Of a stretch of DNA of 64,000 bases, positions 1-13,300 are shown one piece after another. The notes beneath the pieces are model-generated. The model was not told where the DNA came from. It did no database searches and saw nothing but the letters and a program-made list of their open reading frames with translations. How positions within the stretch are numbered: position 1 is the stretch's first letter; the number at the start of each line of letters is the position of its first letter. This DNA comes from Azolla caroliniana (taxonomy: Eukaryota; Plantae; Polypodiophyta), in NCBI GenBank assembly GCA_043228905.1, contig JBHGNT010000008.1, forward strand, positions 8,742,001 to 8,806,000, given 5' to 3'. The translations under genes and the position numbers were made by a program.

Positions 1-622
1 TAATCACGGCAAGTAGTACTGAGGTCGCTGAGGCGAGGCTTTTGCCGTGCGCGTTCTTCTACCTAGCGTGTGATGGACCTTGTTATTGGACGGTCTTGTC
101 GTGTTGGTTCTTTGGGGCGTCTGCGGCTAAACATCCATTCGTCGTTGCTCGTTTGTGAGAAGACACAGATTTGGCGTGCCAAAAGTGTCACCGCTTAGGA
201 ACACGGTCTGCGGTCAGTCCTTCGACCTAGACCTCCAAGTGGTTGTGGAATAACGAATAGGCATCTATGCGTAATGCGTAGGGGAATGTTACCTGTAACC
301 TATCAGCGTATAAGGGAGACGGCTACAACCGACTCCTTAGCAATGGTTACACTTACGTTCTTACACGCTCAGGTATTCCAGACATACAGTAGATTAGCCG
401 TAGTTATACACAGACTTTCAGAGAAGATAGAATTCTTATTATGATACGTTCCTTTACATTCCAAAATTACACGCACCTCTATCAGAGGTTTTCTGCCCTT
501 TATATACGCAGGGTCTATTTAGCCGTTCATGCTTCCTGCGTGAACCGTTACATGCGTTATGATCTTATATTATTTCTTATTCCTATGCTCTTGTCCATCG
601 GTTACAATTCCAGCGGACAACA
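1..622. mobile_element. Probable partial LTR of an element extending left of the window
   Basis: Non-coding, ends in ...ACAACA exactly where a Gypsy RT/RNase H linker begins abruptly; no partner LTR in the window. Confidence 0.4.
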
Positions 623-1830
623 TTGCTGAAACAACCCTTTACTATGGCACCAATCCTTTTACATCCTAACCCAACTAAGCCTCTCCAAGTCAAAACAGAT
701 GTTTCCAATTTCGCCATTGGGGCGATCCTCTCCCAACCATATGAGGTCGATGTGCTTCACCCGGTGGCTAACTACTCCCGCAAATTCACGGCCCCAGAAA
801 TCAACTACCCCATATACGACTAGGAGCTTCTCGCTATTATTGCTGCTTTTGAAGAATGGAGACCCTATTTAGCCGGGGCGCAACACCGCATCCAATTGAT
901 TACAGATCACAAAAAATCTAATATACTTTTCTACCACACGAACCTTAAATCGTAGACAGACACGATGGTCGACCTTCTTGACAGACTATGATTTTGTGAT
1001 AATCTTTCAACCGGGTGCTCAACACACGACGGCTGATGTCTTATCCCATCGGTCTGAGTTCGAGCTCACTCCGGAGGAGGAAGCCTATGTTTAGCAGTCC
1101 CAGAGTTTGTTAAAGCCTAACCAATTCTACAACTTCGTGACTTGCTTGCTCTAGGATGACTCTTTGCTCAAGCAAATAGCAGAAGCCACTATAACTGACA
1201 AGTTCGCCACAGAGGTCAAGGGAGGTATCACAAATCCCTACCATGAGCCCAAAAGACCTGATTTAGCTCATTTTACAATTCAAGATAATCTTTTGTTTCG
1301 AGATAATATTTTTTATGTCCTAGAAGGTCCTTGTCGGACAACGGTGCTTCACGAGTGTCACGATGATCCACTTGTTGGTCATTTTGGCATTGCGAAAACC
1401 TTGGAGTTGATATCTCGGGGATACTGGTGGCCACAACCGTGGAAATTCATCAAAGAGTTCGTTAAGTCATGCGATGTTTGTGCTCGCTCTAAAGCATCTA
1501 ATCATCGACCATATGGTCTCCTTCGTCCTCTCTAAATCCCCAAACGGCTTTGGGCCTCTCTTTCCATGGATTTGTTTCCAATTTCAGGCAGCACCTTCTG
1601 CAAACCTTTGGTTGTACTGTGAATCTATCTTCCGCTTATCATCCGCAAACCGATGGACAAACAGAGCAAGTTAACCAAATCTTGGAACAATACTTGCGGT
1701 GCTCTCTTAGTTACCAACAAGACAACTAGGTTGACCTTCTCCCACTTGCTGAGTTCGTCTACAACAACTCGTTGCATGCATCTACGGGAGTTACTCCATT
1801 TTTCCCCAACTACAATCTCCACCCCCGCTT
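623..1830 (+). pseudogene. Degenerate chromovirus-type (Tf2/Tcn1-like) Gypsy pol fragment: RNase H and integrase
   Basis: LKQPFTMAPILLHP..VKTDVSNFAIGAILSQ..NYPIYD; HECHDDPLVGHFGIAKTLELISRGYWWP..SCDVC zinc finger; multiple stops and deletions. Confidence 0.85.
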
Positions 1831-2613
1831 TGGTGTAAAACCAGGATGGAATGAGCGAGTCGGCAATGTGCAACATGTGCACATGTATAGTAGGAAAATG
1901 GTGTATAGAATAAGGGGGAGGATTTATCCCACATTCTAACGTCCCTCCCTCCTTGGGCTATAAAAGGAAGGGAGGGTCCCTTGTAAAAGGGTTGCCCATT
2001 TTGAGTTAGAAGGGTATACCATTAGGTCCAAGGTATGATAATCTTTCTTCTTCTTACTTTCTTGTTTTCTGTTAAGGTTCTTCGAGTTCTTCTTCGTCGT
2101 CGTCGTCATCATGTGGGTTGAGTCTTCGTGTCTATTTAGGGTTTAGTCTGGTTAGGAGCTCGTATGTCTAAAGGGGTTTAGGCTTCTACCCTATCTCTTG
2201 TGCAAGACCCCGCTCGGCGCGACGAGCCCGAGAGCTCCCTGATCGGCGGCTTGGCAGCAAACTGTTGTTGTAACCTAACCTACCTTGGTCCGACTCGAAG
2301 TCGGGGTTGTATCTTCCTCTTGTACATATATAGTGAATTTTTGTGCATATGTGTCTGTGTTTGCGTCTTCGGAGTTTCTTCTTTCCTTTTCTGTGCATAA
2401 GTAGTGTGTGTTGAGTCAGTGTTGCACGTATTCTCTCTCTCTCCCTCTCTCATGTTCGATAGCCTCCGATATGCGTCCGGAATCATTCCGGTTAGCGCCA
2501 CAGCCGGTGCAACCGGGACCAGAGAGGGTCAGTCTCCCGACATCCATTTCTTCCTCGTCCGAGACCTCTGAGGTTCCGCCCCTTTCGACAAATACTCGCG
2601 GATTACCGCGACA
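1828..2613 (+). repeat. 5' LTR of element B (first ~20 nt missing)
   Basis: Colinear with 16555-17370, ends ...GCGACA, followed by the PBS. Confidence 0.85.
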
Positions 2614-2617
2614 TCTT

Positions 2618-2635
2618 TGGTGAACCCGACATGAA
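2618..2635 (+). other. Primer-binding site complementary to the tRNA-Trp 3' end
   Basis: TGGTGAACCCGACATGAA, one mismatch to the complement of plant tRNA-Trp ...UUCACGUCGGGUUCACCA. Confidence 0.8.
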
Positions 2636-3696
2636 AGGGCAGCAAGGGAGGATGGAGTTGGAAGATGAAAACTTCACAGAGATGGTGACCGAAATGGTTA
2701 AGGAATTCGGATGAGTTACGATGAGATGGGAAGCGGCGCAGTAAGCTATTGAGTGAGTGGTCGAAAGAGTCGGTTGTTTCAACGGGGACAAAGTCCCATT
2801 GTACTTGGAAGCCTACAATGCAGAAATGGAGGTGTGAAACGTAGACGAGGCGTTGAGGCTGAAGTTCTTCTGTCGGGTCGTTGTCATCCGTATGCACGCG
2901 GAAGTAAAGGAGCTCCGAGAAGCTCATAGTTCGTGAGAGTCCTATGAAGAGGCACTCCTGCAGGCATATGGAGGACGGCGGAAGAGCCGGGGATGACGCG
3001 ACTTTGAACAGTGGGTTGTATCGGCGAAGACCCACCGGGGCGCAACGAAGACGGTCCGAGAGTTCGAGCGGCGACTTGCTCGGCTCCGGGAGTGGGATCA
3101 AAGACTGGTGGGGGTGGACAAAGTCCTGTTGTTCGTTAGGTCGATTAACCAAGCAGAACGGGAGGCCATTGTAGTTGAGCTCGAAGACGATGATGGAGCG
3201 AATGGCCTTACTGAGGACTGGTCGGAAGTCGAACGAGTATGCCGACGGTTGGATGAGGAGCGGTCTGCGAAAGGTAAAGGGAAGGTAATGCGCGATGGCG
3301 TGTCATCACATCAAGGAGCGGGCACGCAACAAGAAGGATCGGTGAAGCTCGATGTTGAGGCCCTAGTTCGGGAAGCATACGAGGCTCTGAAGGTGATGGT
3401 CAACGAAGAAGAGAGATCTGGCACACAGACAGATTCCGGAGACTCGAAGCTAGTCGGCCTTCTGGACAACACGAACATGGCCCAAGTAGAGGCCAAAGAA
3501 TGGTACGACGTACCATGGGAGAGGGTCCGGAGTAAGACACCCTCTCGATTTGCGGAGAAAGACCGGCCGAGTAGGAGGTCGGGCGCGGACAAGAGCCCTC
3601 AACACGGATTCCGGAGACCGTCATTGCATCTGCTAGCTCCGATCCCCCCATCTTTCGACTCCTTTGCCGCCCCGTTCACGTCGGGTTCACCAAATA

Positions 3697-3745
3697 TGTC
3701 GAGTTGTTACGCGCGTGCATGTAGAAGGGGCGGTACCACAGGGAG

Positions 3746-3779
<34 letters not shown>

Positions 3780-4352
3780 TTGTAGATACGCTGAGCGAGA
3801 AGGCGAGATAAGGAACGTAACACTTGATTTCAATAACAAGAGAATACAAGAGGTTACAAGAGAATACGACTCTGACGGTTACAACCGACAAGGCGGCGAT
3901 GAACCCGACACGAGGATCCTACTCACGCACACAGACAGCACTCGCTCGACTCCCCAGAAACAAAACAAAAAGGGGGGGGGCAGAGCCTCTGCTGGAAGCG
4001 CACGGGCTGTCCACGAAGCAGAAGCAGCGAACTCCTGACCCACAGAGACCGACGACCGGAGGAGAAGAGAGAGCTCGGCACTCAGATCTGCAACAGCACT
4101 TCGTCCTCCCTAGCGCGCGATACCTGTTCCTTTTTCCTCTCCCTCCTTAAATAGTTCCCCAAAAAGGGGTGCCCCCTTTTCCTTAGCCAAACTGCTTTAT
4201 TCCTTGTTCCTGTCAACAGAGATACGCACAAAATCCCCTAATAAATGTGCGCTACCTAGTATTTACACCAGTCGCCTTAATTACGAATTATGTACAATAT
4301 ATCAATCCTCGCGTCCACCCGTGTAAGAGCCGGTTCATGCGCCTTTTCCTTC
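3697..4352 (-). repeat. Left LTR of element C (5'-truncated, followed by a second PBS)
   Basis: Direct repeat of 9694-10357 with only a handful of differences. Confidence 0.9.
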
Positions 4353-4399
4353 AAACCGCGCATGCGCCAGAGACGGGTAGACACCGAAGAAAACCGGCT

Positions 4400-7300
4400 T
4401 CACTCGTCGTTCTCCGATTCTCCGCCAGACCCGAACTGATCGTCGTCGTTACTCTCGCTCGCCGGCTCCGGCTCGTCTTCGAACCACCCATGAAGAAACC
4501 GTCTGTTCCACTGGCATGATCGGCTTCTGTCCATACATCAGCTCTGCCGGCATAAACCCTGTCACTAAACTGTGCGTAGTTCGGTCCGCCCATAGTGCGT
4601 AAGGAAGGAGTCGTGGCCAATTCCCGACCTGCCCACCGCATGCACACACCAATGCCTTTACGATCGGCCCGTGCCCATGTTCCACCTTTCCGTTCGCCTC
4701 CAGATTGTACGCCGTGGTGAGGGAGAGTTTGATGCCTAGCCGGTCGAACAGCTCCTCAGCCTCCCGCGCATCCAGCTCTCCCCGATCCGCCACGATCCTC
4801 CCGACGCACCCGTACCGACACACTACTTCTTCGATCAGGAACCGGCATACCGCCGCGGTTGTCTTGCTTTGCAGTGCACGGCCTTCCACTTGGTTCATTA
4901 ATTCTTCCCGTGCAAGCACCAGGTATCGCATCTGTCCTACCCCCATCGGCATCGTCACCAAGCCCACCATCCACTTGAAATGGACCGTAGGTGGGTAGGT
5001 CGGGTGTAGCTCGTCCCGGTGTTGGACTACGGAGTGCATCTCATAGCTTTTGCAAGTCGTTACGAACCGATGCATGTCCTGGTATAGCCCCGACCACCAG
5101 TACTTCTCCTTCAGCTTCTCGAACGTGGCCCACATCCCGCAGTGTCCGGCCCAGGGGCTCTCGTGAAATGCCGCCAGTAGTTTCCCCTGTTCTTCTTTCT
5201 TTGCCACTACTCGGAGTGGCATGTCGCTTCTCTTCTTTGGGTGCCTCCATATGCACCCGTCCCGTAGGAAGAATCGGTACGCCTTCTTTCGTACCTGGCT
5301 CGCCTCCTCTCTCGCCCATGCTGCGTCCGGCGTCATCGTCCGTAGGAACCTCCCGATTTGGAGCCACTCCCCGTCATACCCGCTTTCATCAAATTCGTTA
5401 AGCGCCAGAGTGTTCCTTTTCCTTGCCATTACGTTAGCCAACCCGAAGAAGTCCTCGCCGACTTCTTCGTCATCCGAGACCATGTCGTCTTCGTCGTTGA
5501 ACCTTGCCCTCGAAAGCATGTCGGCCATGGCGTTGTCATTTCCGGAGATGTGCCGTATCTCCGGGTTCAGGGACTTAATGTACGCTATCCACCGGTGCAT
5601 GGCTAGGTCCGGCGTCACGCATCCGGAAACCATGCCGAGTATCGGCAGGCAGTCTGTCTCGATGATCACCTCGGTCCCGATCAGATAATCCTTGTCGGCC
5701 TTGACTGCCGAAACGACACCCCAAAGCTCGCGCTTAACTTGGGTGTACCCTCGCTGCCGCTCGCTCAATACCTTCGCCCGAACCGGATCGGGAATCATAC
5801 GCCGTCCTTGTTCTCCTAACTGATTACCCACCCGATCCCGGTCGGGCTGGTGTCCACCGTCACGCAGATGGGAACATCCTTGCCGTAAACCGCTTTTCGG
5901 AGAGCCGGCGCTACCGTAAGCACCTCCTTCAGTCTCCGTATCGACTCCGTGTGCTCCGTCCTCCACTCAAAGCTACGCCCCTTTTTCAATAGCCCATAGA
6001 GGGGTTCCGCGACATGTGCGTAGTGCGGGATCCAGATGTGGTAGAACACGCATGCTCCCAAGAATCTGCGGACCTCCGTGACCGAATTGCAGTCATGCTT
6101 CATCGTGGAGATGGCTTCCACCTTGGCCGAAGATGGTTTCCGACCGTATGGTCCGCATAGGTGCCCGACGACCATGATCTCTGATTGCCCAAAGGCCGAC
6201 TTTTCCCCGGAGAAGGTGAGCCTCGTGCCTTCTAGTCTCTACAGCACCTTCTCGCAGTCATCGATGTGGGACGCCACGAAATTCCGACATCCGTCCGGCC
6301 CGAATGCCTCGTCCTTTTTCTCCACTGGGCATCCCCTGATTGGGATGTCGTCTAAGAATGGCATGGTGATGTCCGGGATAGAATCCATGAGTACTTTGTT
6401 CATCGCGTTCACCATGTGAGCCACTGAGTTCGTCCCTCCTTGTGGCAGGGTACACATCCGCACTAGGCCGAGAGGAGTCCGCATCGTCGTAATGTCTCTG
6501 CTCTCCACGGCTTGTTGGAACTAAGCGTACCCCGAGTACAGATCACCGACAGAATAGATCGACCTTCCAGCAAAGGCCTCCGCGAACTCATCTATGGTCG
6601 GTCCGATTCCTGCATTACGGATGGTCACCTTGTTGAACGGTTGCAGGTCCTGAATGAAGCGCAGCGTGCCGTTCTTCTTCGGCACCGTAAACCACCGATT
6701 CGAATACGGGGCACTCGACGGTTCGAGGATGCCCATCTCCACCTTTTGCTTCAGGAGCTCCATCAACTTCAGGATGTGAGCTCTCGGCACCGGAATCGGC
6801 TTGAGATTCCCCGGTACATGCGGTACCGTGAAGATCACCATCGGTTCGACAACTGTCGGGTCTACGCACCCAATCTCCTCCGGTGAGAATGCGAAAGCCT
6901 TCCCGTGCCTCCCGAGCATTCTACGAAACCGGTCCTCCTCCGTTGGCAGTAGAAAGCCGCCCCCACCGACCTTGAGCTCCCTTAGCATTATGTCGGTGAA
7001 CCGGTGCCCTATGCCAGCCGGATTCCGTAAACTTGGGTCCGACGCGACCCCCTTTATCCGCTCCTTGCTACCCTCTAGCAAGGGTGCCGCGACTGGCCTC
7101 ACCTTCCGGTCCACAGTCTTGTACTTTGTATCCACGCAGGCCGTCCGATCCGACCCGATCCTTTCCCCGAAGTCCGCGATGACTTCGTACATTCCCATTG
7201 ACCCTACCAGGACAGTCAAGTCTTCTCTAAGGTCTTCACCGATCACCTTTCGTAGTTCGCCCAAGGTGTCGTCAAAAGAGACCGCCTCCACGGCGCCGCT

Positions 7301-9648
7301 GATGTCTTCGTCGGGGAAGAGGACTCTGCATCCCCTGAGCCGCTCCTCCGCTCGCTTCCTCTCCCGGCCGCTGCCGCTGGTTATAGTACAACCTCCGTTG
7401 TCGGAGAACCAAAATTTCCTACCTATGGTACAGGTCTTCTTCCATACTGTACATTCGTGGGGTTCTTCCCGGGTGTCTAGACTATCGCGGCCCCACGCCT
7501 TGATAGCCCTCTCTAAAAATCCCCTCAGGTTTCGCCGCCGAGGGCCTCGCAGTTACGCTCATGGTTTGGTCGCACCGTTAGGAACTGGACCGAGTGACGC
7601 CCGTCCTGGCTCTTGACTCTTGCATAGGCTGAACCGTTGTCCAGCACCTTTGTCTCCATCCGTGCCGCCGTGACATAGGGCTCTCCTAGTATAACCGGAT
7701 GCAAGGACATCTCCTACACGAAGAAGTGATGGTCGATCTCGACATCGCCGATTTTCACCCGTACGTTCAGACAGGCCCCATGCAGTTTTTTTGTGGCACG
7801 CGTCGCTGCCCGTATCTTCCAGCCATGCTTGGTGTTGATCGGCCATTTACCCTTCTTGTAGAAATCCATGGACATCAGGTTGATTTCAGATCCATGGTCT
7901 ACCAACGCCACCACTGGTTCCAAAACGTTGTTGATCCGTACAGGGATTTCCGTAGTTGCCCTAGCCCAATGCGGCTTCGTGTAGTGGCTTCCCGCCAGCT
8001 CGTCTTCTAGGGCTTCGTCTTCCAGGTGCGTGATCCGCACCTCCACCAGCTTCTCCGGATCCGGCTCCGTCGAGAGCCTCTTCCGCTTCACCAAGTCTAC
8101 GATAGAGTCGTGGAACTCCCTCTTGGCGATTCCCAGCACCTCCCGCAATGACAACTCCACTTTGTTGTCGAGGATACGTTCCTCCAAGACCTTTCGCAGG
8201 TCTGTGGTCCTTTCGATTTCGGTGCTCAACCGAAACCCCGCCTGCTTCTTTCCGTCTGGCACGCCTGGATTGCCGGCACCGGTCGGTTTCGGTCTGAACC
8301 GGGTCTCATATCTCTACGGGGGACCGCCCCCTCCGGCCTTTCCTGCTCGTTTGTCCTCCACCAGAACCTCGTAGTTCTGGCAAGCGGCATCTACGAAGCC
8401 CGTTTTCTCTTCGACCGGATCGTCCCAACCGGTGACCTCCTGAACTCGTTGTTCTGCGCGGTCCGCCTCTTCCTTCTTCAGTCGAACTCCGGAGAGGCCT
8501 TCTAGCACTAACGGCCAGAATCCGGAGTCCTTCGCCTTCCGGGTCTCATCACCCCCGACCCGAATTCCCGCCGACACTGAGTAGTTAATGGCTTCGACGT
8601 GCCGTGCCGCGGCCTCTTCCATCAACCTCTTCATTCCGCCGCACCCCGTATTCAGTTCTAGGGCTCTCCGGGTCTCGCTCGTGTGCACCCGCCCGTTCCA
8701 GAGGTACACCACGTTGGTCCTGAGCGCGTCGGCGAAATCCGCGCAATCCTTTCGAATGTGACCGATCGCATCACACCACATGCACCGCTGCCCAGCCGGC
8801 GGCCTCCAGTCGCGAGGTTGTTCGTCGCTGTCTCTCTGGGCCTATGCGATCTGCAGGTCGCGCACCATCTGTGTCAGCTCCTCCAGAGCCGCTCCTCCAG
8901 ATGGGCCTCTGACCACGTCGTTCGATGCCGACCCCGACTCTGGCCAGATTCGGGTCTCTTACTTCCTACCGGCCGGCACCGATACCGGCTCCTCGAGCCT
9001 CCTCCCCGAGACTGGCCCCGACCCCGACGAGCTTCCATCGCTCCAATCACGTTGTTTGTCGAAACGGCTGCAGACCCCTTTTACCACGGCCCAGTTTGCC
9101 GTGAGACCTTCGTCCGTTTCCAATAGGGGACCCACCTTTTCCCTGTCGAGTGCATCCACCAACTTAACAAACAGTAGTACTCGACTTGTTTCAAGTACCG
9201 TCCGGTCCAGCGTCGACAGCCACGCAAACCGTTTTTCGAACTCCTGGAGGAGCACCGACGTGTTCCTCCCCTTTCCGGGGCTTTCCACCCACCCCATGAA
9301 GTCCCGCCTCAACAACTGAAGCGAGTCGTCAAAGCCGTACTTGTCGAGGAGTTGCAGCTCGAACTCCTCCCAAGTCTGGCATCCAGCCAGCACCTCGACC
9401 ACCTCCACGTGGATGCCCGGCGTCACCACCCGAGGGAATCCGGACAATCTCCTGTCCACCAGGATATCCCTCATGATCATTTCGGCCCGGTAAGCCTCCA
9501 AATAACTTGTGGCTTCTTTTCCTCCGAAACGGCCTATAGAGCCGATGATTGATTCAATGGCTCTGTCGAGGGTACTCGTCCCCTCACGAGCACTCACCAG
9601 TCGGTCGACGGCCACCGCCATTGCCTCTGCTAGCTCCGATCCCCTCAT
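4400..9648 (-). pseudogene. gag-pol of element C, interrupted by stops and frameshifts
   Basis: Gag MRGSELAEAM; CMWCDAIGHIRKDC knuckle; protease ALVDHGSEINLM; RT LPQGGTNS..PFLDD; integrase HESPWAGH..ADRGE..ANGKVE. Confidence 0.9.
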
Positions 9649-9693
9649 CTTTCGACTCCTTTGCCGCCCCGTTCACGTCGGGTTCACCAAATA

Positions 9694-10389
9694 TGTCGAG
9701 TTGTTACGCGCGTGCATGTAGAAGGGGCGGTACCACAGGGAGCAAGAGAGAGAGAGAGAGAGAGAGAGATAGATAGATAGAGTTTTGTAGATACGTTGAG
9801 CTAGAAGGCGAGATAAGGAACGTAACACTTGATTTCAATAACAAGAGAATACAAGAGGTTACAAGAGAATACGACTCTGACGGTTACAACCGACAAGGCG
9901 GCGATGAACCCGACACGAGGATCCTACTCACGCACACAGACAGCACTCGCTCGACTCCCCAGAAACAAAACAAAAAGGGGGGGGGCAGAGCCTCTGCTGG
10001 AAGCGCACGGGCTGTCCACGAAGCAGAAGCAGCGAACTCCTGACCCACAGAGACCGACGACCGGAGGAGAAGAGAGAGCTCGGCACTCAGATCTGCAACA
10101 GCACTTCGTCCTCCCTAGCGCGCGATACCTGTTCCTTTTTCCTCTCCCTCCTTAAATAGTTCCCCAAAAGGGGGTGCCCCCTTTTCCTTAGCCAAACTGC
10201 TTTATTCCTTGTTCCTGTCAACAGAGATACGCACAAAATCCCCTAATAAATGTGCGCTACCTAGTATTTACACCAGTCGCCTTAATTATGAATTATGTAC
10301 AATATATCAATCCTCGCGTCCACCCGTGTAAGAGCCGGTTCATGCGCCTTTTCCTTCGATTCCACCTATGGCCGGTTTTCTTCACGACA
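9694..10389 (-). repeat. 5' LTR of element C
   Basis: Starts TGTCGTG and ends CTCGACA on the minus strand; interrupts the Copia D RT at ...YAVRVVSR. Confidence 0.9.
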
Positions 10390-13300
10390 TCGGCTCACCA
10401 CTCTGACTGCGTATCCGATATCCGGTTGGGTACACACCATTGCGTACATTAAACTCCCGACGGCAGAGGCATACGGTATATTCATCATATCCGCCTTCTC
10501 TCTCTTCGTCTTCGGGCTTTCCTTACCGGATAATCTGCAGTTTGCTGAGAGTGTCGATCCGACCAGTTTCGCATCTGACATGTTGAACCACTGAAGCACC
10601 TTTGTGACGTAGTTCTCCTATGACAGCCGCAATTGCTTCTTTGACCGTTCCTGGATGATATGCATCCCCGATATCTGTCTTGCCGGACCCAAGTCTTTCA
10701 TTGAGAGGGTCCGGTTCAGAGCCTTCTTCAGCGTCCGTATCTTGACTTGGTCTCGTCCAACGATCAATGTGTCGTCCACATACAGGAGGAGTATCAGGAA
10801 ATCTCCACCTTCAAACTTCTTCACAAACACGCAGTGATCGGCCTACGTCTTGTGGTATCCTTGATCGTTCATGAAGGAGTCTACTTCAAACCGTAGAGGC
10901 TCTTCTTCAACCGGCAAACCAGGTGCTCCTTCCCTTTCTTCACAAATCCCTCTGGTTGCTGCACGTAGATCTCCTCTTCGAGGTCGTCGTGGAGGAACGT
11001 CGTCTTCACGTCTAACTACTCTACCTCGAGGTCCATGCTTGCCGCTATGCTCAGCACCGTCTGGATGGAAGTCATCTTTACTACCGGGGCAAATATCTCG
11101 TCGAAGTCCACACCCTTCTTCTGTTGGAACCCCTTTACCACGATCTTGGCTTTGTACCTTGGGGGATTGCCGGCATCTCCCGGTGTCAACTTGTACACCC
11201 ACTTATTCTGGAGTGCCCACTTTCCTTTCGGTAACTCCACCAATTCATACGTGTGGTTCTCATGCAAGGAATCCATCTCGTCTTGCATGGCACTCAACCA
11301 CTTGCGGCTATGGGTGTCCTCCTTTGCTTCTTCAAAGCTTTCCGGCTCCGCCTCATTGGTTAGCAACACGCGCTTTGCATCCGGAAATCTCCGGGGGGCT
11401 CTTCTTTCCCGGAGAGGATATCTGCGTCTTTGGTTTCCGGCCATCTGTTCCTTTGTTTGTGCTTCATCCGAATCTGATTCGGGATCTTGGCCGGTTCTGA
11501 TTCCTGCTTCCTCTTCTTCTTCTACCGGTTCGGTGTCCTCTCCATAACCGGTCGGTTCTTCGAGTGTCAACCGGCTCTTAGCCGGGTAGATCCGAATCTC
11601 ATCGAATCGGTCCTTTCCGGTCGACTTGGAGTACATTATCTTCTTCTCTGACTCCTAGTCGGCAAGAGTCTTGTCCTCCATGAAGATAATATCTCGACTC
11701 CTGAACACCTTCTTGTCTATGGGGTCCCACACTCGGTAGCCGAACTCATCATCGTCGTATCCGAGGAATATGCAAGGTTGGGACTTTGGATCCAACTTTG
11801 CTCTCCGGTCCTTTGCAACATGCACGTAAGCGAGACACCTGAACACCTTCAGGTGCCGGTAAGACACTTCCTTACAAGTCCAAACTCTCTAAGGCGTGTC
11901 TCCGTCCAAGGGCACTGAGGGTGATCTATTTATCACGTATGTCGTTGTCGCCAGCGCCTCAGCCCAAAACGTCTTGGGTAACTTTGCATGTGCCAACATA
12001 CTCCAGAACCTCTCCATTATGGTCCGGTTCATCCTCTCGGCCAGCCCGTTTCATTCCGGCATCTTCAGCATGGTAAATTCAAGCCGGATTCCCTCCGAGT
12101 AGCAGTACTCCTCGAACTGCCCCCGGTATTCTCCTCCGTTATCTGCTCAAATCGACTTCAACTTCTGGCCGGTTTCTCTTTCCACTCTCACGTGGAGCTC
12201 CTTGAAGACGGATAACACTTGATCCTTCGTCTTCAACAATGTGACCCACAGCTTCCGGTTGTGGTCATCTATGAATGTCACGAAGTACTACAATCTGGCA
12301 TGTGACTTCGTGTCCACTTGACACACATTGGTATGCACCATCTCTAGTGGTGCATTACGTCTCGTCGGTGGCCTTGAGCGGAAGGAGGTCCGGTTTTGCT
12401 TACCGGCCAAGCAGTCGGTGCACCTCTCAACATGCACGTCCTTCACCGGATTGAGGTTGTCTTCGGCAAGCCTTCTCATCCCCTTCTCGCTCATGTGACA
12501 CAGTCTCTTGTGCCACAACTCACTGGAAGTGTCGGATGCCACGTTCACTTCTTCCCAGCATAACCGGGCATTCATTAGGTACAGTGTGTTGACTTTCCGG
12601 GCCTAGGCCACTATTAGGCTCCCTTTGTAAAAATTCATGACTCCGTTCCGGATGCTACCTGTGTAGCCTTCATCATCCAGTCGATCAGCTGATATCAGGT
12701 TCAGTCGAACCTCCGGAACATGTCGGAAATCCTTCAGCAGCAACTTGCATCCGGTTGATGTCGTCAACAGCACATCTCCTATGCCGATAATTCGGCATGT
12801 CCCTTTATTCCCCATCCGGACACAGTCGTGTTCACCGACTGTGTAGGATGAGAAGCATTTCCGGTCCGGGTTCAGGTGGAACGACGCTCCGGAATTGACA
12901 ACCCACATTGTCTCATAGCCAGCAAGGTTCAACTCACTCTCCTTGGTGATGAGCATCAACTCTTCTTCACTTGCCGCGATTGCCGTCATTCCCTTCCTGC
13001 CCAGCCCCCTCCGGTCTTTACCGTTCCGGTCCGGTGACCTCTTCGAATCGGTATTGCCAGTTTCCTTGTCTTTCCGGAAATGCCGACAGTTCTTCTGGAA
13101 GTGCCTCGACTTCCCACAGAAGAAGCAAGTGGGCCTTCCCCTTGACTTTGACCGTGTCCCCGAGTTTTCCCGGTTCCGGGGACTCCAGTTCCTTTGTCTT
13201 CCACGTTCCGATTCGGTAAGGAGCGCTTTGGAGTCAGAGCTCGTATCCTTGTCTTTCCGACGCGCCTCCTCATCTAGCAAGCTCAACTTGACTCTTGCTA

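Larger units (their letters stand above)
3697..10389 (-). mobile_element. Gypsy element C (Ylt1/fungal-like, tRNA-Trp PBS) with decayed gag-pol
   Basis: Near-identical LTRs at 3697-4352 and 9694-10389 (TGTCG...CGACA); PBS at about 9672-9689; domain order gag-PR-RT-RH-INT on the minus strand. Confidence 0.9.

Noticed and set aside
3675-3692. tRNA-Trp 3' end ending in CCA (also at about 9672-9689)
   Set aside because: Only 18 nt adjacent to an LTR; a primer-binding site, not a tRNA gene
3108-3785. 225-aa ORF as a host gene
   Set aside because: Chimeric read-through of the element B gag remnant into the antisense PBS and LTR of element C
6801-7616. Long + strand ORFs over element C and similar antisense ORFs over other TEs
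   Set aside because: Shadow frames of GC-rich pol sequence with no recognisable domains
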